This document shows, in pieces, positions 1-12,151 of a stretch of 64,000 bases of DNA. The stretch lies in NCBI RefSeq assembly GCF_018350175.1, contig NC_058368.1, positions 232,936,001-233,000,000 on the forward strand, given 5' to 3'. The notes below the pieces were generated by a model. The model worked only from the letters and a program-made list of their open reading frames with translations. It did not search any database and was not told where the DNA came from. The DNA is from Felis catus. Lineage: Eukaryota. Position 1 is the stretch's first letter; every line of letters starts with the position of its first letter. The translations under genes and the position numbers were made by a program.

Positions 1-141
1 GAAAATGACACATTTTAACAAGTTTGTCCTGATTTGGTTCTTCAAAGAAAAACAAACATTGGATTGCTAGGTTTCACTCTGGGCCCGTTTTAAATGTGCA
101 AACAGAAGTAAAATTTGTATTCTAATATTTACATCAGTTTA

Positions 142-309
142 TCATTTATTTATTTATTTATGTATGTATTTAGTGAGAGAGAGAGATTGACAGAAAATGT
201 GAGTGAAGGCGGGGCAGAGGGATACACACACAGAGAGAGAATTTTTTAAATATTTATTTTGAGAGAGAGAGAGAGAGATTATGAATGAGGAAGGGGCAGA
301 GACAAAGAA

Positions 310-344
<35 letters not shown>

Positions 345-610
345 CCCAAGCAGGTTCCGCACTCTCAGCACAGAGTCCAATGTGGTGCTCAAACCCACAA
401 ACGATGAGATCATGATCTGATCCAAAATCAAGAGTCAGAGGCTTAACCAACTGAGCCGCCCAGGTGCCGTGAGACAGAGAGAGAATCCCAAGTAGGCTCC
501 TCACTCAGTGTGGATCCCCACGCAGGGCTCGATCTCAGGAACTGTGATATCGTGACTGAGCTGAAATCAAGAGTTGGGAAGCTCGACTGACTGAGCTACC
601 CAGGCGCCCC
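142..610 (-). mobile_element. CAN-SINE (outer), interrupted by a second SINE
   Basis: Reverse-complement SINE head ending CCCAGGCGCCCC at 610; T-rich tail at left; TSD CATCAGTTTA at 132-141 and 610-619. Confidence 0.9.
243..469 (-). mobile_element. CAN-SINE nested in the (GA)n tract of the outer SINE
   Basis: Complete antisense SINE; TSD ACAGAGAGAGAAT at 230-242 and 474-486. Confidence 0.9.
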
Positions 611-1370
611 ATCAGTTTACCTTTTAAAGTAATTCTGTGAAGAATTTTAAAGTCAGACAAGTGGTTATGGGAATGAAATTTCTATTTATCTGGAATGAAT
701 ACATGACCCTTCACATTAATAATGTTTATGTTAAGCCATAATTTCACCACTATGAATGGCACATCATTTGGGTATAAGTATATCATATTTACCATAACGG
801 ACATCCAGCAAATGAGAAAAGAAACAATTTTGAAAGCCTGATGGTCACAACTTTTTTCAGTATTTTCATTTCCAATCAAGTGATACGGAATTTTATAGTT
901 TGTCACCATCAGACTCGCTCCTGGATTTCCTGTCTTATAAATCAGTATTCTACCTCGTATGGACATTGGCCGGGTACCATTTCTATCTCTTCCGCAACGT
1001 GATCACTAAATATATCTGACTTCTGCTCTGAAGGCTGATTTGAATCTACAGCAATTGTTCATGGTTAGGAATATGTAGACAAAATATAAGAAACATCCCT
1101 GCCATTATCATATCCTTCATCTAAGGCCACACGAACAATCTAAACACCTTCTTGTGTCCCCTTGCTTTTCAATATCTAATACTCTCCAAATACTTTTTGA
1201 GTACCATGGACTAACTAGTTGCCTGAGTTGGTTAGAAAATGGCATGAATGAAATGTTGGGGCATAGTAGAAGGGTCTCGCCCGTGTCTTATATTTGTTAC
1301 AATGTCAGGCATGGATAGCTTGGCTCCTTCCCTGTGCAGTTTCTATGAATGCCATTGTGGATGTGTGCTG

Positions 1371-1374
<4 letters not shown>

Positions 1375-1404
<30 letters not shown>
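1375..1404. repeat. (CT)n microsatellite
   Basis: Direct inspection. Confidence 0.95.
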
Positions 1405-1407
<3 letters not shown>

Positions 1408-1589
1408 GTCTGAAGGACCTCACTCTGCCCAAATATTTCCACTGTACTATTATCGTAAAACTGTTCTGTTCTCTCTCTTCTTGCCTGAATTGTCTTCCTC
1501 CTTCTTTTCTTTCTAGTGTCTTCTTTGTGGTGGAATCACTGCTTGCTATTGGTGAGGAAAGCCAGTGATCGTGTTCCGCAAAATATTCT

Positions 1590-1990
1590 CATTTATTCAT
1601 TCATTTGACAAATACGTGGTTAATACCTACCACACGCTATTTTTGAGATCTGTGCTGGGAGAAAAAGAAAGTGATGATCACAAGTAAACACAGAAACACC
1701 CCTCCCCCACCATGCAGGCTCTGCAGTCAGGCAGAGAGACATCAGTATATGGTCACAAAAATGCATGCTAAATTATTAGCAACAATGAGAGGAAGAACTG
1801 GCATATGATGGCTTCAGAAATTGTAATATGAAGGGTGATACGGTCAGAGGTCTGGGAAGTCTTTCCAAGGAAGCCATGATTAGGATGAAGATAGGACAAT
1901 GGGAGACAACGGAAGTGTTTCGGACGAGGTGTTTGGAGAACGTGGCGGAGAGACGAAGAGCAAGCACTTTGTGGTACAAATACACCTGGG
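1590..1990 (-). mobile_element. L2 LINE 3' remnant
   Basis: CATTTATTCATTCATTTGACAAATAC...TACCTAC resembles an antisense L2 3' end; purine-rich downstream. Confidence 0.55.
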
Positions 1991-4150
1991 CAGGTAGCTG
2001 TTCAGGTATGACCTTCAGCAGAGCATTTCACGGCCTTCAGCCTCTGTTTTCCCATTTATTTGTGTAATGACACCAATGGCACCCGATTCTTGTAGTTGCT
2101 CGTCAATGAAATAATCTGCGTGTTGTTCGAAAATAATGCTGATCGCATGATAAAGACTTGACACACACTTAGCAACTGATCATTTCCAAAAAAGAAAAAA
2201 GGGGGGGCATCACTAAATGCAGTGCTCACGTGGCGTGGACTTCAGGCTGCTTCCTGCGTAGACCTCCAAAAAGTTAAGAATCATTTCAATTCTCCCGCCA
2301 GTAGCTGGTGTAGAAATAGTTGTTGGCGGACTACCTACCCCACCCCCATATTCTTCCTTGTAGATCAGAATTACAGTAGGTTTGTCACGTTGTGGTTAAG
2401 TAACCAACCTTATCCCTTGGGTTCACTGTAGCTGGCCGATTTTAAATCTTCAGGACAGAATCAAAACAAACACCAAGCAAAAACCCTCGTTCTGGGTGAG
2501 CTGCCGACACTTGAAGCAACATGTCAAGGTCCGCCTTGCAAAGTCACTGGTGCCTGAGAAAAGTCCCGTCACAGCCTGGGAACCGTGAGCTCTGTAACTG
2601 GCAAAGATAAGCTGGTGTTTTATTTATTTATTTATTTGTTTATATTTTTTAGTTTTGTCACTTGAAAAACAATGCATGTGATATTTCAAGTATATAGGTA
2701 TTTTAAGCATTAGAGGGCTATACAAATGTAGCATAATTTTGGTGACCTGGAGGAATTCGAATTTGAGCAAAATTACTACAGTATTTCTAAACCAATAGCA
2801 AGTGAGTCACTCCATTTTCCAACTTCTGCCTTGGGTAATAACCCAAAGCACTCTCAGCCATTCACGATTCGTTACATACATACCGAGGCGAAGTTTTAGG
2901 TTTTTAAAATACCAACCGATCGCTGAAAATGTTTCCCGTTTTAAAGAGGGAACATTGCTGTTCTGTCTCTGCTCCACACTTTCCACTTGAATTCTGAGTT
3001 CGTTTCACTCTTTTAGGCCGCTCTCCCCTGGCCTGAGTTATAAAAAATGGGTGTGATGCTTGTCTGTCATAGCGGGGTGTGGTTTTTTTGTTTGTTTGTT
3101 TTTAAGGGCAAGTATAAAAAAAAAATAAACCTTTCTGTCCTGGGGTTTACTTGCAAAACAATCCTTAGGATAACCCCCTTGTATTTTAAGTACAGAGTGT
3201 CCTGTCTTTGTCTTAAGTCTTTCCGTTGAGGATGGGATTCTGTTAAAATTAACAAGTCGGCAGAGGGATCTGTGGCTTTTATTCTAGAGGCATCTGCCTT
3301 GGACTTTCCTAATTGCTCTTTTTACACAAGGCCACAGTCTGTCATCTTGGCAAAGTCACAAACGGCTTCAGTCGAGGGCCAGGAATCTGCGTGGCCTGAG
3401 AAAGAACCAAAAGAATTCGAGTCTGGCCAATGGATCCTTTCAATGCCATCCAATAACAACTGTGAGCTAGAATCTACCTTTATTTTTAAAAGCTCCCTCC
3501 AGCAAATCTTTGTGGAAAGTAACCACAATGCGTGGGTCTATGGCATGAGCACAGGGCAGAAGGTCCTTAGGGGTTTGATGACCGAGAGGAATGGAGGGGC
3601 GGGGTGATGGAGCCCCACAGCAGGGAGGGAGAGGGGAGAGGAGGAAGGAGCCAGGAGAGCGGCATTCTGGGTTCTGTAAGCAGAGCTGGGCGCAGGGATT
3701 TTCACAAAGCAAGGGGGGTGCGGGGAACAGCATCCCTCCATCTCTCATTCATTCATTAGTGATGGGCCCATTGATCCATTCCTCGAGCGCATGAAGGACG
3801 CGGCTACGGTGTCCTAGACACTGGGCTTGCGTTGGGGAAACCAAATGGATGTGCAGTGACTTCAGCCCTCAAGTTGCAAATTCACTGGCTCAGGTGTTGC
3901 GCAGTCATTCCACTAATTACCCTGACTGTACCTGGGCCACACCTGCGCTGTGATTTGGCCGCTGGGCATTGGAGGGAACAGGAACGTCTTGCAGCAGGAA
4001 GACGCTGGGAGCGGGCCGGCGTGTGTTCATGGCCCTGGTTCCCCCATCAGCCTGATGCCGTGTGCTTTCAAACCTTACTGAAAAAATGGATCAAAACTGC
4101 CCCACACCCGACAGCTTCATTTCTTGTTTCACCCAGTGTGGTTATGAAAT

Positions 4151-4151
<1 letters not shown>

Positions 4152-4189
<38 letters not shown>
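4152..4189. repeat. (CA)n microsatellite
   Basis: Direct inspection. Confidence 0.95.
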
Positions 4190-4192
<3 letters not shown>

Positions 4193-4528
4193 CTCTCCTC
4201 ATTTCAGTGGGATTTTGTGTAGGGGGAGGAAGAGCCTTGAACTATTGATTTCGCCATGTGTTTTCAAGACATACATCTTACTCAGTTCGCTTCTTGTCTG
4301 CTACAGCGTTTCGCTAAAGCCTCGCGTATTCTAGATTAGCAAAATATCATCTGGGCACCCTGATGGTTTCACTGCGTTCCTTCCAAGATAATACTTCCTA
4401 ACTCATTTCTTAGCTAGTCATGTTGGCTAACATTTCCACGATAACATATTGGTGACGTTGGTTTGAGAAATTTGAAATCATAGGAAGGAGGTCTTATTCT
4501 ATTTTACTTAGAAACAAACCAACAAACT

Positions 4529-4691
4529 GGGGCCCCTGGGTGGCTCTGTCCGTTAATCATCCAACTCTTGATTTTGGCTCAGGTCATGATCTCGCAGTTT
4601 GTGGGTTCAAGTCCCACATTGGACTCTGTGCTGACAGCTCGGATCCTGGAGCCTCCTTCAGATTCTGTGTCTCCCTCCCTCTCTGCCCCTC

Positions 4692-4733
<42 letters not shown>

Positions 4734-4756
4734 AACAAATGAATAAACCTAAGAAA
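4529..4756 (+). mobile_element. CAN-SINE (SINEC_Fc-like)
   Basis: GGGGCCCCTGGGTGGCTC head, B-box GGTTCAAGTCC, (CT)n tract, AATAAA tail. Confidence 0.92.
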
Positions 4757-4907
4757 TGAAGTTGTTCATGTTTTTATTATTTTTGTGCTATCTTTAATTT
4801 TGTTTAACTTTTCAACATGTTTATTGCATTTATTGTAGCTAAAAGAATTGACTTCTGTTACCGTTTGTGTTATAATGCCAGATATCTCCTTGCACATGAA
4901 ACCCCAG

Positions 4908-5480
4908 TGATGTAGGCAGGCTGGGTCCGAGGACCCAGAGGGTGGTGTCCCAGAAGACCAGCCTAGCAGGTTCTTGACTTCACACATGGTGGAAATCAAA
5001 CACAAGCAGAGAAAGTGAAAACAGTTTATAGAATAGTGTGAGAGGCAGAGAACAGCAGCTGGAGAGCTTGAAAGATTTAGAAAGGACTCAACGCATTATC
5101 ATCATTGCTTGGGGCAAGAGGTTTATATCAGAAAGGGGTCCAGGGTCCGTGTGCCTTCAGAAATCCAGGATAGGGTCCAATCAAAGGCAAGTGTCAGGTG
5201 AAGAGTAAGTATTGGTCCATAAATCACCGAAGGTAGGGGGTGTCGAGGCCAGAATCAGCAGGCATTTGTTGGAAACTAATGTCCAGGAACATGTTTGGAA
5301 TCTGACTCTTAAATGTTGTCAGGTGTTTTCCGCCTGGGACAGAGCTCAGCGAGGGGTTAACGTTCTTGCTTTCCCCTTGAAGTGGGATCACAGCTTCTTT
5401 TGGCTCATTCAGAGACGAGACCTAACAAAACACAGAGACAGGCTGTTCTAAAAAGGGGTCCCTTACGCTTCGCTGTCTCA
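4908..5480 (-). mobile_element. Solo LTR, ERV1-like
   Basis: TG...CA ends (TGATGTAGG...CTGTCTCA); GTTCTTGACTTC...AAAGTGAAAACAGTTTAT resembles the antisense R/U5 of ERV1 LTRs; TSD ambiguous (CAGTGA/CAGGGA if the start is 4911). Confidence 0.65.
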
Positions 5481-5489
5481 CAGGGAAGG

Positions 5490-6215
5490 ATGGATAGGAA
5501 ATCCACTCGTAAGAGTCTCCATGAACTTCACTCGTGGAGGCAATACCATGTACAGACTCATCAGACCACAGTTGCAATCACACACCCTTTGTAGAGAGAG
5601 GATTATTCAGGAAGCAGAACCAGGAACATAAAAGGTGCTGCTCAGAATCACAGAGAATTAGTCCGGGGCCTTGAAACCTAATCAAGAAACCCGACGCTCG
5701 CTTGGCTGGATTTCAGAACCGCTGTAGGCTAGTGGTTCCCTTCTACCGTCTAGCTCCCCTTGTTTGAATGGTCCCACCTTAGGGTAGGACCGTCACCCTA
5801 TACCCATCCACCCACCCAGTATCTCCCTGGCTGCTCTGGTCCCCAGGAGAGGAATTTTGCCCCAGGAACTATATTTAACAAATTGTAGGTTAATGAACAT
5901 ACACTATTTATTTTGAGAGAGAGAGACAGGCAGAGAGAAAGGAAGAGAGAGAATCCCAAGCAGGCTCCTGGAGCCTTCATCCACACCTTGACTTCGTTTT
6001 GGTGAGATTTTGGACTCTAGCCGATGCCTGAACGTTGCATTTGGGAGAGACTGGAATCACTGGGGTCCTGAGGCTGATTGCCATCATGCAGAAGATAAAG
6101 TCCTGTAGAAGCCCACCCTCTGGTGTTCAGACATTGTACACCCCTCCCCTTGAGAGTCAGTGGGACCTAACAGTTGCTTCTAGACCACAGACTATGTCAG
6201 AAGTGAGGGCGGGGA
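5490..6215 (+). mobile_element. MaLR MLT1 internal 3' remnant plus start of an MLT1 LTR
   Basis: GCCTTGAAACCTAAT...GCTGGATTTCAGAAC, GAGAGGAATTTTGCCCCAGGA and GAGATTTTGGACT resemble MLT1-int; CCCCTCCCCTTGAG...GGGACCT...TTGCTTCTA resembles the MLT1 LTR. Confidence 0.65.
5906..5968 (-). mobile_element. CAN-SINE 3' fragment
   Basis: TTTATTTTGAGAGAG...GAATCCCAAGCAGGCTCC. Confidence 0.8.
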
Positions 6216-6274
6216 GGAGCCCACCTAAAAAGCGGCACACCTCCATTTTATTCTTCAATTTTAACATATTCCCT

Positions 6275-6470
6275 GGGGCACCTAAGTGGCTCAGTCAATT
6301 AAGCATCTGACTCTGGATCTCGGCTCAGGCCATGATCTCACAGTTCATAAGTTCGAGCCCCATGACAGCTAACAGCAACGGAGCCTGCCTGGGATTCTCT
6401 CTCTTCCTCTCTCTCGGCCCTTCCCCTGCTCTCTGTCTCTGTCTCAAAATAAATAAACTTAAAAAAAAAA
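6275..6470 (+). mobile_element. CAN-SINE
   Basis: GGGGCACCT head, GTTCGAGCCC B-box, CT tract, AATAAA and poly-A. Confidence 0.92.
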
Positions 6471-6717
6471 TTTTTTTTTTAAAGAACTTGAGTAAAGTGC
6501 TTGCTGTAAACACTGGTCTGGTTTTCTTTAACCTGAACTGGAAATTCAAAAAGCTTATTAAAATAACAGGTGACTCGTGGCCCCAAAGCGAATGCCCCTT
6601 GCCTAGATTTCAGCAAAACGGCACTAGGCGTCTTCTAAGTGAATTTGTGCTTTAAGAAAAAGGGAAAGGGGTAGCTCTGAGGGCTCCTACTCAGTCCAGG
6701 AGGCTAGTGAAGGCACA

Positions 6718-7176
6718 TGTTACAAAACAAAGTTCAACCAAGTAAATTTCTAGATGCAACTGATTTTAATTAGAGGATTTATAGAGAGGAGCTCTGAGGA
6801 GCTGTACAAAATGGAAGGTTTTTACAGGAAAGAAGGCACAGCATGGGAGTTACCAGCAAAAGTAAAGACTGGTTGCATCCAGATCACCTTGCCTTGTAGG
6901 GGAAGGGTGGGTAGGGGAAGAAGGGTGGGGCGTCTTCTTAGGGGGATCATCTCACCTTCCTTGGTGGGGTAGAGAGGGCCCACCTGACAGATTACCTCCA
7001 GGTGCTTATCAGAAAGTTCCTGATTGACAGGTTAAGACACATTTTGGGGGCGGGGGAGGGAGGTTGAGACTACATTAGGGTAGGTGTTAAGCTGGTCTGG
7101 TGACTTGGCCTGGCCCAAAGGAAGCCATTTTGGGCCTGTGAGGTTGTTTGTTTCTTTGTTTGTTTGTATTTTAACA
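6718..7176 (-). mobile_element. Solo LTR, ERV1-like
   Basis: TGTTAC...TTTTAACA ends; GGAAGCCATTTTGGGCCT near the right end resembles antisense ERV1 U3 starts; no clean TSD. Confidence 0.6.
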
Positions 7177-8783
7177 GATGTTAGTTCCACCTCTGCAAGT
7201 TATCCCTTTGATTCAGTCCAGGGTAGTAGTTTCTCAGAACGTTTGCTGTCTGACTGCTCTTTTGTGGTCAGTACATCAGGGAATCCAGATGTGATTAGTT
7301 AAATAGTTGCGTAGCATAGAAAACTCCCCTCAGTGCCTTTATTCCCAAAGGTCTCCTTCAAATGGACTGCGAATCCTTGAGAATCCTTGTTCCCCAAGTA
7401 TGGCTAGCCTGGTGGTGGACGCGTCAGCCTCATGCCTCCTCACCCGACCATGTGCCTCACCCCTGCATGGCCCGTGTTCTGACTCTGCGGAGGTGAGAAG
7501 CATCATCCCTGCCCTGCTGGAGAGCAGGGGAGTAGGGGTCTAGGAAATAAAGCTCTGTTTTTACTCATACTATAGCTCCATGAATCCACGCACATACAAC
7601 TATTTCCCCTTAATGCCAGTCACATCCAGGGAAAGAGGTTCATGGGAGTTTTTTCTCATGGAAGTTCAGTTCCACACGGATGTTAAAATGCACTCGTCTA
7701 AAACTGTCATCTTTACAGTTGAAAGGCAGGTATTCTCACTGTGATCTGTATAACTAAGATGCAGAAAAGGCAAATGATTTAGCCAGAGTCGCACAGGCAC
7801 ACGCTTCTAAGAAGCAGTCTAGGAAGTTTGAATATGAAAGAAACGGTGTCACTTTGGGGGTTTAGCTTTTAGACACACCGGTTCACGCAGGAATACTGTG
7901 ATCAATTCTACACTTGTCAATCTGTAAACACTGTTTTCTTGTCCCTGTAATCAAGGAATAGGTAGCTCAGTGACGTTTTGTGAAACACGACTGGGAAAAA
8001 GATCATGGTTTGACATAGCTATGACATTTAAGCAAATACACTCAATCCTATTTTGATTTGGGGGGGCGCTGAATATATTGTGTTGCTCATGATAAAAAAA
8101 TATTTAGGGGATGGTTCATAGGCATTTTCAGCACCATGGGGTATTTTCCCATATCCAGTTATTCGAGAACCAGCCACCCTTTGGCAGAAACTTGGTCCTT
8201 CAGAAGTTCTTTTCATAAATCAGTAGGGCAGCAGCCCAGGGAGAGTGAACGTCCATGCAGGTAATGACTGCACACAGCCCACTCTCAAAAGACCTTGGTT
8301 AAAAGTCCGGATCGGGCCCTCATGGTTGAATTCTAAACTTTCCTGAGGATGCTGAGTGTCTCATAGCAAGAACCCAAAGCACCTATAGAAAAAGATGTGC
8401 CTTCCGTGGAAAGGTACACTTGTAATAGAACTCCTAGATGGTACAAAAGAGATAATCCACATTCGGGGTGGAGACACCAAGGAGGCACCGATTCTTACAA
8501 AGGAAAAGTCTAGCCCGCTTCCTATCTTAGCTCTATTTTCACCCCTACCTAGAGAGGTAACAGCACCACACAGTCCAGTAGTTGTGGATAGTTGTATGGT
8601 GTAAATCGGGTTACTTTTTGGTTTGCCCCACTGTTGACTTAACATTTGGTTGTCTTGGGTCTTCTAAATGAGTTAATGAACACTGAGGGTTCCGCGAGCC
8701 CCCCATCACAAAGCAGGGATAGGTTTTAAAGTCCATTGACTCAGTGGGCTCTCGGAGCACATTAGGGGAGATATAGTAACTAT

Positions 8784-8900
8784 CAGAGTGAGCTGAGTTT
8801 TGGGGCCTGAAGCTCATTTAGTTTTAGAGAATCTCTTTAAGAAAGAGATAAAACATTAAAAATCAAAATTAGATCATTCGGTATGGACCAGCCCTATGAG
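8784..8900. mobile_element. MER53-like hAT MITE remnant
   Basis: GTTTTGGGGCCTGAAGCT...CTCTTTAAGAAAGA...CAAAATTAG resembles the MER53/Arthur1 terminus and the left end of the element at 42411. Confidence 0.6.
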
Positions 8901-8991
8901 TCTCAAGAATTTTAGGGGTCTCAAATGACCATGTTCCTGGAATCAGGTCGATGAGAATATAAAACTAGATTTCTTTAGCACTAGTGCACAT

Positions 8992-8994
<3 letters not shown>

Positions 8995-9031
<37 letters not shown>
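8995..9031. repeat. (CA)n microsatellite
   Basis: Direct inspection. Confidence 0.95.
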
Positions 9032-9032
<1 letters not shown>

Positions 9033-9945
9033 ACTTAATCCACAGGGAGTTTTCACAATATTTGTTTATTACTTGAAGCATCAGTACTCACAATTTACAG
9101 TTAGCTACTAAAATATATGAGGATTATAAAAACATTGCTTTAAAGCAGCTCACTCCCTCACTTTAGAGGTTTTCTGGCTTCAACATGGAAGCTTCTGGAA
9201 GTTCAACACACTTGGATTCTGCAGACCAATGCTGAGTGCAAGTCTGAGGGTCTCAGATGTCAGAGCACTTTGTCTCTCCTGAGTAACCATGTCTTACCCT
9301 GGGCGCAATTAACCAGAGCTTAGAAACAAAGGGACTTCGTGTTTTTATTTAAACTAGTATTCTGTTTCCTGCTGGTGCAATTGAAGGTGAAGTCAGGAAT
9401 GATTACAAGAACAGCATGGTGTGAAAAACAAGCAAAATATTTAGTGACATTAAAGCCTCGGGCGCAAAGCCACATTCTATGACATTTCAGGCTTATTAGG
9501 GTGTGAGGAGCCATCTGGAAAGATGTCCCCTGTCCCTCGCTATTATTCAGTCACACAGCTTGACTACATCACCCGGAGAGGAAGGACCAGGTTTTTTTTT
9601 TATTAAAAAGTTCCTTTTCTCCGGCCACATATGCTCATTCCATTTGCTAAGAGAATGTGTCATCGTAAAGATACTTCAAAAGGTGAACATTTGAATTGCA
9701 AATCCTTAGAGCAAAAACGTAGAGATTTTGTATGAAATTTCAAACACTTTAGTGACAGGCCAATGACTTAAACCACAAATGATTCCCAAAGGTTCCAAGA
9801 GTAATTTTTGAGAAAAAAAAACAAAACAATAAAGGTGTCCATTTTATTAGTTTTTAAGAGGTGTCCATTTTAAAATCAGATCACTTTATGCTCAAAAAAG
9901 ATTCATGGGGAAAGAAATTAATTCTGCCTTAAGACAAGTGTTTTT

Positions 9946-10170
9946 GGGGCACCTGGGTGGCTCTATCGGTGAAGCGTCCTACTTCGGCTCAGGTCACGAT
10001 CTCACAGTTTGTGAGTTCGAGCCCCGCGTCGGACTCTGTGCTGACAGCTCAGAGCCTGGAGCCTGCTTCGGATTCTGTGTCTCCCTCTTTCTCTGCCTCT
10101 CTGTCTCTCTCTGTCTCTCTTTCTCTCTGTCTCTCAAAAATAAATAAACATTTTAAAAACATTTTTAAAA
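9946..10170 (+). mobile_element. CAN-SINE (SINEC_Fc)
   Basis: Full head, CT tract and tail; degenerate TSD AAGACAAGTGTTTTT / AATACCAGTGCTTTT. Confidence 0.95.
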
Positions 10171-10664
10171 ATACCAGTGCTTTTAGCTGCAAAAACGAAA
10201 GGTGGACGATGTGAATGACCTCGTTTATTCATTTCAGCTCAGATGATGAACACTTACTTAGTGGTCAATTTGTGTCAGCTGTCACTTGTGGGGTTACCTT
10301 GCGGTTTACGTTTACCGACATTTACATTACTTAAAATCTGACTTGTATACATATTTATATGATGTATAATACCACCCTAGAGTACTGCAGTCCCACGTTA
10401 ATTCTCTGCGGGAGCCATGGGGTGCTCCGCTCAGATCTCACTCGAAGAAAACACGCCATGAGGAGCACAGTAGGCTGGCAGCTGAGTTTCTAGACCTTCA
10501 CATTCACCACAGACTTCACACCGAGGCCTCACTCCTAGAGGCTCCCACCAAATGACCGTCGTGAGTGTACTAAGAAACTCTTGCTTCCTAAATGCAAGAC
10601 TCTTCTTGGGTAATTTTCCCCCCAATTTTTATTGTGATCAAATACACATCGCATAAAATTTATA

Positions 10665-10785
10665 TTTATATATATATATATACACATATATACATATATA
10701 TATACACACATATATGTTCAAATATTCAAATATATTCAAATACATATATAAATTTTATATATGAATAAATGTATATAAATATAAA
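10665..10785. repeat. (TA)n-rich low-complexity tract
   Basis: TATATA/TACA repeats plus tandem TTCAAATATA copies. Confidence 0.85.
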
Positions 10786-10976
10786 TGGAAATAGAGTCTC
10801 AAATTGCAGGTCCCGTAGAGTATCCTGGAAGAGAAGTTTAAAAAAGAGAGAGAGAAAGTTGAATAATTCTCATTATTGGAAAAAAAAATCTTAATTCTCT
10901 GGAGGGGTGGGAATCACAGCTTTTCCTAGACTTCACGTATTAACAGTCTGTCCCATGATGCTTTTTCCTGGGGGGG

Positions 10977-11290
10977 TGGGGGGTAGACATCAGTAATGTT
11001 CACCAGTATTCCAAATCCCCCTCCTTTGGAAAAGTTGCCCCCCTATTTCAGATTAGGAACCGCCTGTGACTTGATTTTGTCAACAAAATGGGAGCAGCAG
11101 TGGCCACGTGCGTGTCCAAGTGTTCAACTGTCGGGCGAGTCCCACGTGGTGGGGGACTCTGCCCGCTGCAGTGAGGACGGAGGGCACAATACAGAACCCA
11201 TGCTGGTCCACCCTGAACACAAGGTCAACCACCGTGGTTTGAAGGCCCCTAAATGTGGGCACTGTGGGCTACTGCAATCCCTACTGTGTG
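10977..11290 (+). mobile_element. MaLR MLT1-type solo LTR (old)
   Basis: CCTGTGACTTGATTTTGTCAACAAAATGGGAGCAG and TGGTTTGAAGGCCCCTAAATGTGGG resemble MLT1H/I motifs. Confidence 0.55.
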
Positions 11291-11443
11291 TAGGGATCCC
11301 ACAAATAGTCCAGAGCAGTCCTGCCTATAGTAACATTTGTCTGAGATGACTCAGTCAGCAAGGACACTCACTGGTCCAGAGTGCCTCTTTCTGCCCTAAG
11401 ATATTTTATTACAAATGCCCTAATGAATTTAGTGTGCTGTGTG

Positions 11444-11472
11444 TTTTTTTTTTTTCATGTTTATTTATTTTT

Positions 11473-11503
<31 letters not shown>

Positions 11504-11689
11504 CGAGCAGGGGAGGGGCAGAGAGAGAGAGAGGGAGACACAGAATCCGAAGCAGGCTCCAGGCTCTGAGCTGTCAGCACAGAACTGGACCAGGGGCTCA
11601 AACTCAGGAACTGTGAGATCGTGACCTGAGCTGAAGTTGGTGGCTTAACTGACTGAGCAACGCCCCCCGCCCCCCCCCCCGGGTGCCCC
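11444..11689 (-). mobile_element. CAN-SINE (SINEC_Fc) with poly-C expansion in the head
   Basis: Antisense SINE; C-run at 11663-11680; partial TSD GTGTG(C/A)TGT. Confidence 0.93.
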
Positions 11690-11933
11690 TCGTGTGATGT
11701 TTTTAAATAATATCCTTTGATAATAACTGAGGGCACAGTTTTGGTATGTCAGTTAGGGAAAGAGACTTTTTAAGAAGATAAGGTAATTTAATTCAAGTAC
11801 ATATGACTCTGGTGTTTGTCTTGGTTGATGGGTAGAAAGCCAATATTTAAAGCAATTAGATTGCTTATCCTATTTTCTAAAAATTATTTAATTTAGCCAA
11901 GTTTCAGACATGCATTTAATAATGCATCAAGTT

Positions 11934-12151
11934 GGGGCACCTGAGTGGCTCAGTCAGTTAAGTGGCTGACTTCGGCTCAGGTCATGATCTCACAGTTCGT
12001 GAGTTTGAGCCCCGCGTCAGGCTCTGTGCTGACAGCTGAGAGCCTGGAGCCTGTTTCAGATTCTGTGTCTCCCTCTTTCTGACCCTCCCTCGTTCATGCT
12101 CTGTCTCTCTCTGTCTCAAAAATAAATAAACGTTAAAAAAAAATTAAAAAA
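11934..12151 (+). mobile_element. CAN-SINE (SINEC_Fc)
   Basis: Perfect 15-bp TSD AATAATGCATCAAGT at 11918-11932 and 12152-12166. Confidence 0.97.

Noticed and set aside
8127..8143. REST/NRSF-like TTCAGCACCATGG
   Set aside because: The right half-site GGACAG is absent (GGGGTA).
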